The notes below the pieces were generated by a model. The model ran no database searches. It had not been told where the DNA came from and was given only the letters and a program-made list of their open reading frames with translations. Below are positions 1-11,614 of a DNA stretch of 64,000 nt, piece by piece. Positions within the stretch are counted from its first letter, which is position 1; every line of letters starts with the position of its first letter. The stretch comes from Octopus sinensis (Eukaryota). The DNA lies in assembly GCF_006345805.1 (NCBI RefSeq), contig NC_043021.1:12090001-12154000 (forward strand), given 5' to 3'. The position numbers and the translations under genes are program-made.

Positions 1-67
1 TTGACTGAGATACAGGGGTTCCGGACACACAGATTTCATTTTTATTTATATAGATTGCACTCTCCAG

Positions 68-290
68 GGACGAGCTGGCAGAATCGTTTTGCGCGCCTGG
101 CGAAATGCTTCGCAGCATTTCGTCCGTCTTTACGTTCTGAGTTCAAATTCCGCCGGGGTCCACTTTGTCTTTCATCCTTTCGGAATCGATAGAATAAATA
201 CCACTTAAACACCGGGGTCGATGTAATCGACTCTGCCCCTTCCTCCAAATCCTACTGGACTTGTGCCAAAATTTGAAACCATTTATTGAA
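68..290 (+). mobile_element. tRNA-derived SINE, family A with tail variant A2
   Basis: Pol III A-box-like GACGAGCTGGCAGAATCG and B-box GAGTTCAAATTCC, then the conserved CTTTCATCCTTTCGG...AAATACCA core and the GGACTTGTGCCAAAATTTGAAAC tail; many copies in the window. Confidence 0.8.
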
Positions 291-650
291 ACTGCGGCCA
301 TGCTTGAAGGATTTTTTTGCCGAATGAACCGACCCCAGGGCTTATTTTATTTTAAAACATGGTATTTATTCTATTGTTCTCTTTTCCCGATTCACTAAGT
401 TATGGGGACATAGGCACATCAACACCGGTTGTCAAGTATTGATGGGAGACAAACACACACACACACACACACACGTACGTACATACATATGATGTTCTGT
501 TTTTAGTTTCTGTCAACCAACTCCACGCACAAAGCTTTGGTCGGATCGAGGCTATAGTAGAAGACACTTGCCCAAGATGGCACGCAGTGGGACTGAACCC
601 AGAACCATGTGGCTGGGGAACAAACTTCTTACCACACAATCACGCCTGTA
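283..650 (-). mobile_element. tRNA-derived CORE-type SINE, family B, with internal microsatellite
   Basis: Reverse strand reads GGCGTGATTGTGTGGTAAG...GGTTCAGTCCCAC...CTTGGGCAAGTGTCTTCTACTATAGCCTC (MIR/CORE-like), then (TG)n and the family tail. Confidence 0.8.
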
Positions 651-660
651 CTTATATATA

Positions 661-715
<55 letters not shown>

Positions 716-717
<2 letters not shown>

Positions 718-937
718 AATTAAGGACTGAACACGAAAAGGTGGACAGTCAACATGCTAGATATAGACGTCAAATCGCCATTCTCCACAAGGATTATGTT
801 CTCAAATAAAAATAAAATTCAGCACGACCTAAAGCAATGGATGAGACAAAAGAAATATACTTAAATGGAATAATTACCTACGTACTGCAGTTTCAGCTAT
901 TATCACAAGGATATCTGTAGCTTCATCAGCGTAGTTT

Positions 938-939
<2 letters not shown>
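716..939 (-). mobile_element. Short Penelope-like (pLTR-type) non-autonomous unit embedded in (TA)n, carrying a hammerhead
   Basis: About 225-bp unique-sequence unit flanked on both sides by long (TA)n, with a hammerhead motif at one end. Confidence 0.55.
878..934 (-). ncRNA. Minimal type-I hammerhead ribozyme
   Basis: Minus strand: CUACG-CUGAUGA-AGCUA-(18 nt loop)-UAGCU-GAAA-CUGCAG-UA^CGUAG. All core bases are canonical, stem I is 5 bp, stem II is 5 bp, stem III is the palindrome ACUGCAGU, and the cleavage triplet is GUA. Confidence 0.75.
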
Positions 940-1000
<61 letters not shown>

Positions 1001-1257
1001 TACAGGCGTGAAACTGATTAACAGCTTCATAATAATTTTGCAGCTTTAATAAAAGCATATTACTCTACCTTTGGTATTCGAGTACTATTTTCTTCCACCT
1101 TGTTTTGCATTAACGAGATAATGGCATGGAGTTTGAGCGAGATTTTAACTGCTATTTCTAGTGTATCTCATGATCATGTAGAAGCTCCTTCGGCGACTGT
1201 TGATGTGGACAGAAGCTCATCTCACATCAACACGATGCAAGAGAAATATGTTCTCAC

Positions 1258-1668
1258 GGCAGCGAGTTGGCCGAAACGTTAGCACGCCGGGCGAAATACT
1301 TAGCGGCTTTCGTCTGCCGTTACGTTCTGAGTTCAAATTCAGCTGAGGTCGACTTTGCCTTTTATCCTTTCGGGGTCGATAAATTAAGTACCAGTTACGC
1401 ACTGGGGATCGATGTAATCGACTTAATACCTATGTCTGTCCTTTTTTGTCCCCTCTATGTTTAGCCCCTTGTGGATAGTAAAGAAATAGGTATTTCGTCT
1501 GCCGTTACGTTCTGAGTTCAAATTCAGCCGAAGTCGTTTTGCCTTTTAGCCTTTCGGGGTCGATTAAATAAGTACCAGTTACGCACTAGGTCGATGTAAT
1601 CGACTTAATCCCTTTGTCTGTCCTTGTTTGTCCCCTCTATGTTTATCCCCTTGTGAGCAATAAAGAAA
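1258..1668 (+). mobile_element. Family A (tail A1) SINE tandem dimer
   Basis: Full head at 1258; the tail AAAGAAATA runs directly into internal GGTATTTCGTCTGCCG and a second core plus tail. Confidence 0.85.
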
Positions 1669-1685
1669 AAGAAATATGTGCTTAC

Positions 1686-1721
<36 letters not shown>

Positions 1722-2356
1722 ACTAAATTATATATCATGCCCTTTATTGCGTGATCCCCTTCTCTGTTCGTGGAAAAATTGTCTTCCAAAAAACCGGTCC
1801 GTGATATGATTAGGGCGTTTAAAGACGATACGAAATGACAGACGTGCGAAAGTTTAGAGTTGCCTTGACTTATCTCCCTTGTATCATATTGATGTGAGTG
1901 ATGAGTTTCTGTTCACATAAAGGAGTCGCTACTTGATCATATACTAGAAATAGCAGCTAACATACTCACTCAAACTCCATTCTACTGTCTTGGAAACACA
2001 CACACACACACAAACACTTGCATGTGCACACACACACACACACACACACACATAGAAAAAGGACACTTCGGGGGAACAGAGCTAGATACACGATGATGGA
2101 GAAAACGATGGGAATGTCGTGCTTGGAAAGTCCGATCGGGACTGATCTGGGGCTTAACAACAGCAACTCTGTAAAAAGCGATAAGCTGTTATTGTTGCTG
2201 TTTAGCCCCAGGTCAGCTCTGGTCTTTCATATCTATAATCAAAGACGCTCCAATGGCGTGGTATCTCTTCTTTTATTCCCGGCTAATATTAGATTAATGT
2301 TAAGCCTTTCTTAATTTTAAGATGTTAGCTTGCAAGTTGAAAGTTATGTGAATTGT

Positions 2357-2752
2357 TGAGCTGGCAGAAACGTTAGTGCGCCGGGCGAAATGCTTAGCGG
2401 TATTTCGTCTGCCGCTACGTTCTGAGTTCAAATTCCGCCGAGGTCGACTTTGCCTTTCATCCTTTCGGGGTTGATAAATTAAGTACCAGTTACGCACTGG
2501 GGTCGATGTAATCGATTTAATACCTATGTCTGTCTTTGTTTGTCCCCTCTGTGTTTAGCCCCTTGTAGGTAGTAAAGAAATAGGTATTTCGTCTGAGTTC
2601 AAATTCCGCCGAGGTCGACTTTGCCTTTCATCCTTTCGGGGTCGATAAATAAAGTACCAGTTTCGCACTGGGATCTATGTAATCGACTTTATCCCTTTGT
2701 CTGTCCTTGTTTGTCCCCTCTATGTTTAGCCCCTTGTGGGCAGTAAAGAAAT
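2357..2752 (+). mobile_element. Family A (tail A1) SINE tandem dimer
   Basis: Same head, core and tail, and the same AAGAAATA/GGTATTTCGTC junction at about 2577. Confidence 0.85.
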
Positions 2753-3064
2753 ATATTTTGTAGCAAATCAACCAGCGCCGTGGAGGGTATGTAGCTGGTG
2801 TTGTTGTTTAGCCACGCGTCAGCCCTGATCCAGCAGACCTGTGATCAACGACATTCCAATTGTGATCATCCTATTCTAATTTTCATACACTGTATATCTC
2901 CAGCCATATTATTCCATTCTTTTCTTTAGATGTTACAGTATAGTTCTGATGGCGATTTGGCTGCTATTTCTTCCAATGTTACCAAAATCCTAGAAATGAG
3001 TCGATAACAGCGATCAAAAGACTTGTGGTTTCTGTCTGGCCACCAGTGTTTGTGCAGAAATCTA

Positions 3065-3292
3065 TTTCTTTACTACCCACAAGGGGCTAAACACAGAGGG
3101 GACAAACAAGGACAGACAAACTGATTAAGTCGATTACATCGAGCCCAGTGCGTAACTGGTACTTATTTAATCGACCCCGAAAGGATGAAAGGCAAAGTCG
3201 ACCACGGCGGAATTTGAACTCAGAACGTAGTGACAGACAAAATACTGCTAAGCATTTCGCCCGGTGTGCTAACGTTTCTGCCAGCTCGCCGC
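3065..3292 (-). mobile_element. Family A (tail A1) SINE
   Basis: Reverse complement of the family A consensus, ending at CTGCCAGCTCGCC. Confidence 0.85.
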
Positions 3293-3354
3293 CTTTTGTG
3301 CAGAAGCCATGACTGAGGTACTTCACTGCTCACAAGGGAATCCTGCTCACATCT

Positions 3355-3750
3355 ACAACTGGCACTCCGTCGGTTACGACGACGAAGCTTCCTGTTGATT
3401 CGATCAACGGAACAGCCTGTTCGGGAAATTAACGATGCAAGTGGCTGAGCACTCCACAGACAAGCATACCCTTAACGGGCACCGTCATGTTATTAGCTGT
3501 CAGAAGTGAAAGTAGAAAAATCTGAAGTCAACTTCGTTTATTTACGTTAGTGCCCCTTAACGTAGTTCTCAGGGAGATTCAGTGTGACACAGAATGGGAC
3601 AAAGTTCGCCCTTTGGATTAAAGGTACAACACATTTTTGCCAGTAGAGTGGGCCAGAACAATGTTAAATAAAATGTCTTGCTCAAGGACACAACGCACCC
3701 CTGAGAATCGAAACCACGACTTTATGATCGTGAGGCGAATACCCTAACCA
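3355..3750 (-). mobile_element. tRNA-derived SINE, family C2, interrupted by a small insertion
   Basis: Reverse complement matches the 48638-49019 element (CTACGTTAAGGG...GAGTGCTCAGCCACTTG...GTCGTAACCGACGGAGTG). Confidence 0.75.
3478..3554. mobile_element. 77-bp insertion with GGCAC/GTGCC termini and 8-bp TSD (possible Merlin-like derivative)
   Basis: Perfect TSD CCTTAACG at 3470-3477 and 3555-3562; the host SINE is uninterrupted in the 48.9 kb copy. Confidence 0.55.
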
Positions 3751-4019
3751 CTGAGCCTTCACTGATGGAACAATGCTACTGTTCTAGCTACACACACGGA
3801 AATCTTATAGTGCACTCAACAGAAGGCCGTTCTACTGATTGCTGTTTAATTCCAGGTCAGCGCTGATCAAGCAGACCTATATCCACAGGTATTCCAGCCG
3901 TGGCTGTCAAGTCTTTTAGGACTACATTATCTAATGTATCTTCTCATTAAGATAGCAGGGAGGTATTTGAGGAAAACTATGTCGTTATTTCTAGTAATTC
4001 CAGTGGCCACATTACAACT

Positions 4020-4295
4020 CTATGTCACGTTGAATCTCCCCGAGGACTACGTTAAGGGTAGATGTGTCTGTAGAATGCTCAGCCACTTGCACATTAAATG
4101 AGCTGCTACGTCACTGGTGCCAAGCTGTATCGGCATCTTTGCCTTTCCCTTGGATAACATCGGTGGCATGGAGACGGGAGGCTGGTATGCGTGGGCGACT
4201 GCTGGTCTTCCATAAAGAACCTTGCCCAGACTTGTGCCTGGGAGGGTAACTTTCTAGGTGCAATCCCATGGTCATTCATGACCGTAGGGGGTCAC
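4020..4295 (+). mobile_element. 5'-truncated SINE sharing the C2 central domain but with a different 3' tail
   Basis: CTACGTTAAGGG...TGCTCAGCCACTTGCAC domain followed by a tail ending GGTCATTCATGACCGTAGGGGGTC. Confidence 0.6.
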
Positions 4296-4934
4296 AATGT
4301 TTACCCCTAGGTCAGTTCTGGTCCTGCATATCTTTAATTAAAGACGCTCCAATCGCGGGTATATCTTCTTTTATTTTATGTCTACATTATCCAATGTTAA
4401 GTCTTTCCTAATTTTAAGATGTTAGCTTGCAAGTTGAAAGTTACGTGAATCCTTATCTCCAGCAAATCGTCTGCGCAGCAGATAACTCCTCACAAATTTT
4501 TTCTCATAATAATCTTGGATTATCTCCCCTGAGTTTTAATCCTGCGGAACTGAGAGATAAATATTTGGTCTCATAATAGTAGGGTTTTATTCGCCATCTA
4601 CTTCATTGTAAACTGGTAACGTACCATAGTTAGGTACAGTCCGCCTTGATGTAAGAATGTACTATGGAGAGGCACAGATCGATTGACCATAGAGATGAGA
4701 TTAAATATCCTTACTGTAGCATACATTAGTCTATCACAAAACGTGTTTTATCGTCGTCGTCGTCGTCACCGATCAACCGATGCTGGGGTGTTTACTTCCC
4801 AGTAACTTAACAGTTCGGTAATAGAGACTGCTAGAATAAGTACTAGGCCTACAAAAAATAAGTCCTAGGGTCGATATGCTTGACTAAAGGCGATGCCCCA
4901 GCACGGCTGCAGTCAAATGGCTGAAACAGTAAAA

Positions 4935-4992
<58 letters not shown>

Positions 4993-5235
4993 AACAAGTG
5001 AAAAGTAGTGGTTATTACATATAAATCCTGAATAACATGTAATGACCATTATTTTTAACTTGTTTCTTATATATCAATCTGTGTAAAAACCAGTTTGTCT
5101 GGAGCCCATCCACGGATTTACAATATAGAATTGTGATGAACCATAACTTGGAACCCTACCAAAAGATTACTTGGAGTTCCAACAGAAAGCTTAGGTAGTA
5201 TTTTGCTCAGACTGATAATCCCTCTCTGTTTGTTC

Positions 5236-5267
<32 letters not shown>

Positions 5268-5442
5268 CTTTTGTATGTATGTATGTATGTATATATTCAT
5301 TTATTTATTTATTTTTGCTTGCAATAGCCAGTTCTTTTAGTCAAACTATTGTATCTCCAGCTGCTTCAGATGCCAAGATATCAAAAATTGCTAAAGTGTA
5401 GTACAGCAGTTTTAGTTGATCTTACCTTAACAGAACAGTAAT

Positions 5443-5510
<68 letters not shown>

Positions 5511-5599
5511 ATATAAGTGGCTGTGTGGTAAGTAGCTTGGGGAAACTATTTTTTCATTTTCTGAAAAAGTAACGTAGGCTTACGACACTTTTGCATAAT

Positions 5600-5842
5600 A
5601 GTAATGATATACAGGGGTTGCACCAGTTTGCAGAGCGCCTCCAAGGCATCGGACTTGGTAATGACACCTCGATCTACCACCACTTCCACTCTACTGGTCA
5701 TTCACTACAACATCTGTCTGTGTTCAGACTGCCTCTGCACAGGGGCCACTCGGACTCCTGCTTTTGCTGTGAACAGGAATTAATCTTCTCTCTTTGTCAC
5801 TTTGCACCACATGGGCTCAACTCACTTCCTCTCTTTATCTGA
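5600..5842 (+). mobile_element. Penelope-like element fragment, GIY-YIG endonuclease C-terminus
   Basis: Translation QFAERLQGIGLGNDTSIYHHFHSTGHSLQHLSVF...EQELIFSL..FAPHGLN matches the typical PLE endonuclease end (RF.EH, HF...H, E...I...P.GLN). Confidence 0.7.
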
Positions 5843-5844
5843 CA

Positions 5845-6374
5845 CCAACCCCACATGGATTCCCACACACCTCCCACATTCAACTGACCCCTCCACCAAC
5901 ACACCTGCATACTGCCTACCTCAGTACTCTCACCACACACACACTGCTATACAAATACCCATACACACTGTTCAACTCATTACACACTTCATACACCATC
6001 ACACACACACACCCACAGCACCTTCCCATATCACACACTTCTCAGCACCCGCACCACACACCATTATCCACACACCCACACACAATCTTCTATAGCATCA
6101 CCGCACATAGCACACTATACAAGCAGCCACGCACACAGTTTAGCTCAGTACACACATCACACATCATCATGCACACCCTCACACCCACACAAGCACACAA
6201 TACCTGAATACAGGCAACTTATACACACACATGCAATACACATATACACATAAACAAATGTAGCATGCATAGATGAAGATAACTTTCACCCAGAAACATA
6301 CACTATGTACGTGCACACACACCACTTGAACAAGCACACATCAACAACAACACAACACACACAATAAAGAAATA

Positions 6375-6406
<32 letters not shown>

Positions 6407-6428
6407 CATCTATCCATCTATCTATCTA

Positions 6429-6467
<39 letters not shown>

Positions 6468-6493
6468 ATCTATCTCTCTCTCTCTATCTCTCC

Positions 6494-6528
<35 letters not shown>

Positions 6529-6535
6529 CATCTAC
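5845..6535. repeat. Degenerate CA-rich tract followed by (CTAT)n/(CT)n microsatellites
   Basis: Visible low-complexity sequence. Confidence 0.9.
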
Positions 6536-6540
6536 CTACC

Positions 6541-7090
6541 TGTTAAAAGGAGGGCCGGGCATGCCTTGATTGATGATGTGCAGATACACACTGAAACTGT
6601 GACATCTCCGGCTCTACATAGACGACGGCGAACAGGTGTGGTCGCCGTTTTTGAGGCACGCTTTCCCACAACTCGTCTCCAAGTCTGAACTGCAATCATG
6701 GATCAAAAAGAAACTGAGGAAGGGTGAATGGCACCGTGAGTGTCACATTGCTCCCAAGCATCTGTGCTCTCCCAGGTCGACCTTGAGCGACTTCAACACA
6801 AGCAAAATATTCTATAGGGGATTAGTGGAGGGGAGGTACAACAACGATCTTGGGGTGAACCTGGGCATCGATGAGGAATACCTGACCCGCCTGTTCAAGA
6901 CAACTTTCGGGCTGGGAGCTATGGACAACTTCCAGAGATCCCTGGCCTGGCAGTGCTATCGAGAAGCACTACCCATTCGGGATAAACTCTACAGGCATGG
7001 CTTGAGAAACACAGGGCTGACCTGCCCAAGATGCAGTCAGAACAACGAAACCATCCTTCACGCACTCATACAGTGTCCAACCATATACAT
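6541..7090 (+). mobile_element. L1/Tx1-clade LINE fragment (C-terminal zf-RVT/CCHC region)
   Basis: ORF 6636-7109 contains FQRSLAWQCYREALPIRDKLYRHG...CPRCSQNNETILHALIQCP, the zinc-knuckle region of L1/Tx1 ORF2. Confidence 0.8.
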
Positions 7091-7240
7091 ATGGAGTGGT
7101 TGGCATTAGTAAGGGCATCCAGCTGTAGAAACACTGCCAGATCCGACTGGAGTTGGTGCAGCCTCTTGGCTTCCCAGACCTCGGTTGAACCGTCCAACCC
7201 ATGCTAGCATGGAAAACGGATGTTAAACGATGATGATGAT
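7091..7240 (+). mobile_element. RTE 3'-end fragment (family D)
   Basis: GGTTGGCATTAGTAAGGGCATCCAGCTGTAGAAAC...GGAAAACGGATGTTAAACGATGATG, like the 3' end of the RTE at 15900-16075. Confidence 0.8.
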
Positions 7241-7249
7241 ATATATATA

Positions 7250-7652
7250 TTCTTTTATTCTTTTCTTTATTTCAGTCAATTGACTGCGGCCATGCTGGAG
7301 CACTGCCTTTAGTTGAACAAATCAACCTCAGGAATTATTCTTTGTAAACCTAGTACTTATTCTATTGGTCTCTTTTGCCAAACCACTAAGTTATGGGGAC
7401 ATAAACACACCAACATCGGTTATCAAGCAGCAATGGTGGGGAGACAAACACAGACACACACATATACATATATGTGTGTGTGTGTGTATATATATATATA
7501 CGTTGGGCTTCTATCAGTTTCTGTCTACTACATCCACTCACAAGGCTTTGGTTGGTCCAAGGCTATAGTAGAAGACACTTGCCTAAGGTGCCATGCGGGA
7601 CTGAACCCGAAACCATGTGGTTTGGAAGGAAGCTTCTTACCACACAACCACT
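7250..7652 (-). mobile_element. Family B CORE-type SINE
   Basis: Reverse-complement head, CORE, TA/TG microsatellite and tail. Confidence 0.8.
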
Positions 7653-7654
7653 CC

Positions 7655-7802
7655 CAAGGGCAGACTGAGCCGTTGGTCAATCAGACACTGCCTGAAGGCC
7701 CAGAGCTCTGAGGGGCTCACACTTTACATGTTTGATATCAATACTAAGGGACCCAGTGGACAGTTATGTACAAGGGCCCTTAATAATCTCAGTCCACTCC
7801 TG
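7655..7802. mobile_element. Possible small MITE with degenerate TIRs
   Basis: Ends CCAAGGGCAGACTGAG and CTCAGTCCACTCCTGG match 12/16 as an inverted repeat; the TSD is poor (5/8). Confidence 0.3.
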
Positions 7803-7917
7803 GTCACTACTATATATATATATTTATATATGAACTAGTTTTGTTTGGACTGTGTGCCTATATACATGCTCTGTGTGTAAACATGTATGTATAAAAAATG
7901 CTACTATGAGTCTTAGG

Positions 7918-8371
7918 CATGCATGGGCAACTGTGGCCTTCGACATGTTTTGGTGTGGCCGTCAAGGAGTTTCTAGGTTACTAACTTCATACAATGATGC
8001 AGCACGTATTTTTGTCAGTGAACAGGTCGCGGTCTTAAAGCGACGAAAATATTTTGACAAATTAAACGGCTTTTGTGTGTTTCTTAAATGGCTTACAAAC
8101 ACCTTCCACGCTGCAATTGTTTTCGTTTCAGCACACGATCTCAGATCAAATCACTTGCTATGCAAGTACATCTCCGTAATTTCATACTAAGACAAATAAA
8201 ATTTCATACCAAGACAAATGAAATTAAGAAGAAATGCAAAAAATTCAGTGTAAAGTGGGCAAGTAATATTTCATGCATATGTGTTTTATCATGTGGCCCT
8301 CTCACACTTGGAAATGGTACGATGCAGTGGTGGGGAGTGGGGGTCAGTTGACGAAAAGTTGCCCATCCCTG
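7918..8371. mobile_element. hAT (Charlie-like) MITE
   Basis: TIRs CATGCATGGGCAACT and AGTTGCCCATCCCTG; 8-bp TSD GTCTTAGG (7910-7917) and GTCTAAGG (8372-8379). Confidence 0.75.
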
Positions 8372-8393
8372 GTCTAAGGTATGTAGACATACC

Positions 8394-8540
8394 GAGGTCG
8401 ACTTTGCCTTTCATCCTTTCGGGGTCAATTAAATAAGTACCAGTTACGCACTGGGGTTCGATATAATCGACTTAATCCATTTGTCTGTCTGTCCTTGGTC
8501 GTCCCATCTTTGTTTAGCCCCTTGTGGGTAGTAAAGAAAT
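8394..8540 (+). mobile_element. 5'-truncated family A SINE with 17-bp TSD
   Basis: TSD AGGTATGTAGACATACC at 8377-8393 and 8541-8557. Confidence 0.85.
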
Positions 8541-8859
8541 AGGTATGTAGACATACCTGTAGCAAGTTTTTGTTGTTTTCATAATAATATTGTGTCACAC
8601 GGTTTCAGAGTACATCTATGGTCTGATAAACTGATACAATTCCACTTTAGCTGGAACTGTGTCAGTAATCTGTTATAGAAAAACAGTCATTTTAATGTTT
8701 TGTGATGTGTATTATTGTTGTGAAATAAAATGTTAATTGTATTTGTAAAGCCATGAGTTTGTTGCGTGAGTTTAAATGGCTGTTTGTGTGTGTGCCAGTG
8801 TGTCTGTGTGTGTGCATGAAAGATGATGAAAGCTGAGCAAAAAAGATCAGTGTCACCTA

Positions 8860-9420
8860 TAACAGAGAGAATGTCAGGAAGGGAGGGAGAGAAAGAGAGA
8901 GAAAGAAAGGGAGAAAGATAGAATGACAGGCAGACAGACAGAAAGAAATAGAGAAAGAGAGAGAGAGGAAGAGAAAGAGACTGTGAGAAAAACAGAGAGA
9001 CAGAGAAGAACTGAGAGAAGGGGAAACAGAGAGAGACAATAACAGAAAGAGACAGAGAAAAAGAAGGGAGAGAGAGAAAGAGAAATAGAGAGACAGACAA
9101 TAAGAGAAAGAGAACAATAGAAGGAGAGAGAAAGAAACAGAGAGATAGGCAATAAGAGAAAGAGACAGAGAGAAGAGAAATAGAGAGACAGACAATAAGA
9201 AAAAGAGAACAATAGAAGGAGAGAGAGAGTGAAACAGAGGGACAGACAATAAGAGAAAGAGCCTGAGAAAAGGAGAGACAGACGGACAATAAGAGAAAGA
9301 GGCAGAGGAGAGAGGGAGAGAGAGAGAGACAGACAGAGACAGAGAGACTGAGAGATGAACAGAGAGACAATGGGAGATGGTGAGAGAGAGACAGAGACAG
9401 AGTGCGAGGGAGACAAGGAG
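8860..9420. repeat. Polypurine GA-rich satellite
   Basis: Almost pure purine strand with recurring GACAATAAGAGAAAGAG units. Confidence 0.9.
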
Positions 9421-9879
9421 AGATTGTGTTAAGCTTCTAAGTTTACCAAGCATGGTCAGACGGGTTTTTTTTGTTTTTCAGTGTGGTGGTGGTAGTGGTG
9501 GTGGTGGTAGTGGTGGTCATTATCGTCGTCATGGTGGTTACTTTGGGTTGCACATGTAAGAATTTAATCCAGAGATATCTACCTTGAAATTTGATTCTTT
9601 TAATCGCATTCAGAGAGAATCATTAGACCAGACTGCTTAAATCTACGTTTTACTACTTCTAGACAAATTAATAGGTGTCCAGACTTATCAACCGTTTTTG
9701 CAACTAAAGCTGATTCGTCTTAATCTCTTTTGATATCTGAGACCATTTCTGATTCTATGATACAAACTTACTGTTTTAAAGTGATTCATTTCAAAACTTA
9801 ACCTCAAAATTCCATGTTGACAGCAACAACGAAAATGATGATGATGATGACAATGACGACCACCACTACCACCAAAAAA

Positions 9880-10680
9880 ACCAAAATCAAATGGAAATTG
9901 TAGTTGTGATCCCTGTGCCGGTGGCTCGTAAAAAGCACCATCCGAGCGTGGAAGCCGGTCAAGGTGGCCAGTGCCGCCTTGACTAGCTTCCATGTTGGTG
10001 GCATGTAAAAAGCACCAACCAATTGTAGTCGTTGCCAGTCCCCCTCTGGTCCCTGTGCCAGTGGCACATAAAAAGCACCATCCGAGCGTGGAAGCCGGTC
10101 AAGGTGGCCAGTGCCGCCTTGACTGGCTTCCATGTCGGTGGCATGTAAAAAGCACCAACTGATTGTGGTCATTGCCAGTCCCCTCTGGACCCTGTGCCAG
10201 TGGCTCATAAAAAATACCCAGTACGCTCTCAGAGTGGTTGGCGTTAGGAAGGCCATCCAGCTGTAGAAACACTGTCAGTTCAGTGGAAACACTGCCAGAT
10301 AAGGCGGCAAGCTGGCAGAAACGTTAGTACGCTGGGCAAAATGCTAGCAGTATTTCGTCTGCCATTACGTTCTGAGTTCAAATTCCATCGAGTTTGACTT
10401 TGCCTTTCATCCTTTCAGGGTCGATAAATTAAGTACCAGTTACACACTGGGGTCAATTTAATCGACTTAAATTCTTTGTCTGTCCTTGTTTGTCCCCTCT
10501 ATGTTTAGCCCATTGTGGGCAATAAAGAAATAAGAAACACTGCTAGATCAGACTGGAGCGTGGTGCAGCCTCCTGGCTTCCCAGGCTCCAGTCAAACTGT
10601 CCAACCCATGACAGCATGGAAAACGGACGTTAAACGATGATGATGATGGTGGTTATGATGATGATGATGATGATGATGAC
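9880..10680 (+). mobile_element. RTE 3'-UTR fragment (family D) with internal tandem repeats and a nested family A SINE
   Basis: Repeated GTGCCGGTGGC..TAAAAAGCACC units and a (GAT)n tail; SINE 10301-10533 is flanked by TSD GAAACACTGC(C/T)AGAT (10286-10300 and 10534-10548). Confidence 0.8.
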
Positions 10681-10936
10681 TAGTTTAACACTTTAGCATT
10701 TAAACCAGCCATATGCAGTCAAAATATTCTACCTGTTTAATGCTCAAACTCACCACACCTGACCTCTCACACCAACCCTAGAACATCATTCCAAAAATAA
10801 AGGATTAGCTCATAAAAAATTTCGAACCTACAAAATAATGCCTGATTAATTCAAGAATTACTTTTGAGAGTCATAATGTGAATATTAAATGGTCGATATT
10901 AGGTTCCAGAGAAAGTCCTGTTGCATTTCGAGATAC

Positions 10937-11245
10937 TCTTTTACTTGTTTCAGTCATGTGACTGTGGCCATGCTGGAGCACCGCCTTTAGTTGAGCAAAT
11001 CGACCCAAGGACTTATTCTTTGTAAGCCTAGTACTTATTCTATCGCCCCCCCCCACACCACTCACCCACCATCGCTTGATAACCAATGTTGGTGTGTTTG
11101 TGTCCCTGTAACCTAGCGATTTGGCAAAAGCGTCTGATAGAATAAGTACCAGGCTTACAAAAGAATAAGTCCTGGGGTTGATTTGTTTGACTAAAGGCGG
11201 TGCTCCAGCATGGCCGCAGTCAAACGACTGAAACAAACAAAAGAA
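10937..11245. mobile_element. Two family B SINE tails in inverted orientation
   Basis: 10937-11045 is the reverse complement of about 11135-11243. Confidence 0.8.
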
Positions 11246-11259
11246 TACGAAGAATAAAC

Positions 11260-11583
11260 GAATATATGCACACATACATAATACACACACATATATACAC
11301 ATACATCTATCTATATATATATCTTTATCAATATCTCCCTCTCTTTCTCTCAATATATATACATATATATATAATATATATATATATAGTCAATGTATAT
11401 ATATATATATATTATATATATATATATATAATATATATAATATATATATATACATATATATATATTTTCAATATATACATATGTATATTCAATATATATA
11501 TATATCTTTACACACATACATTCATTAAATACATACATAGATGTGCATGTATATATATAATATGTATACACACACACATACAT

Positions 11584-11614
<31 letters not shown>

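Noticed and set aside
8687-9453. Long minus-strand ORFs (180-227 aa) rich in S/L/F
   Set aside because: Translations of the GA/CT satellite, which lacks stop codons; no protein signal
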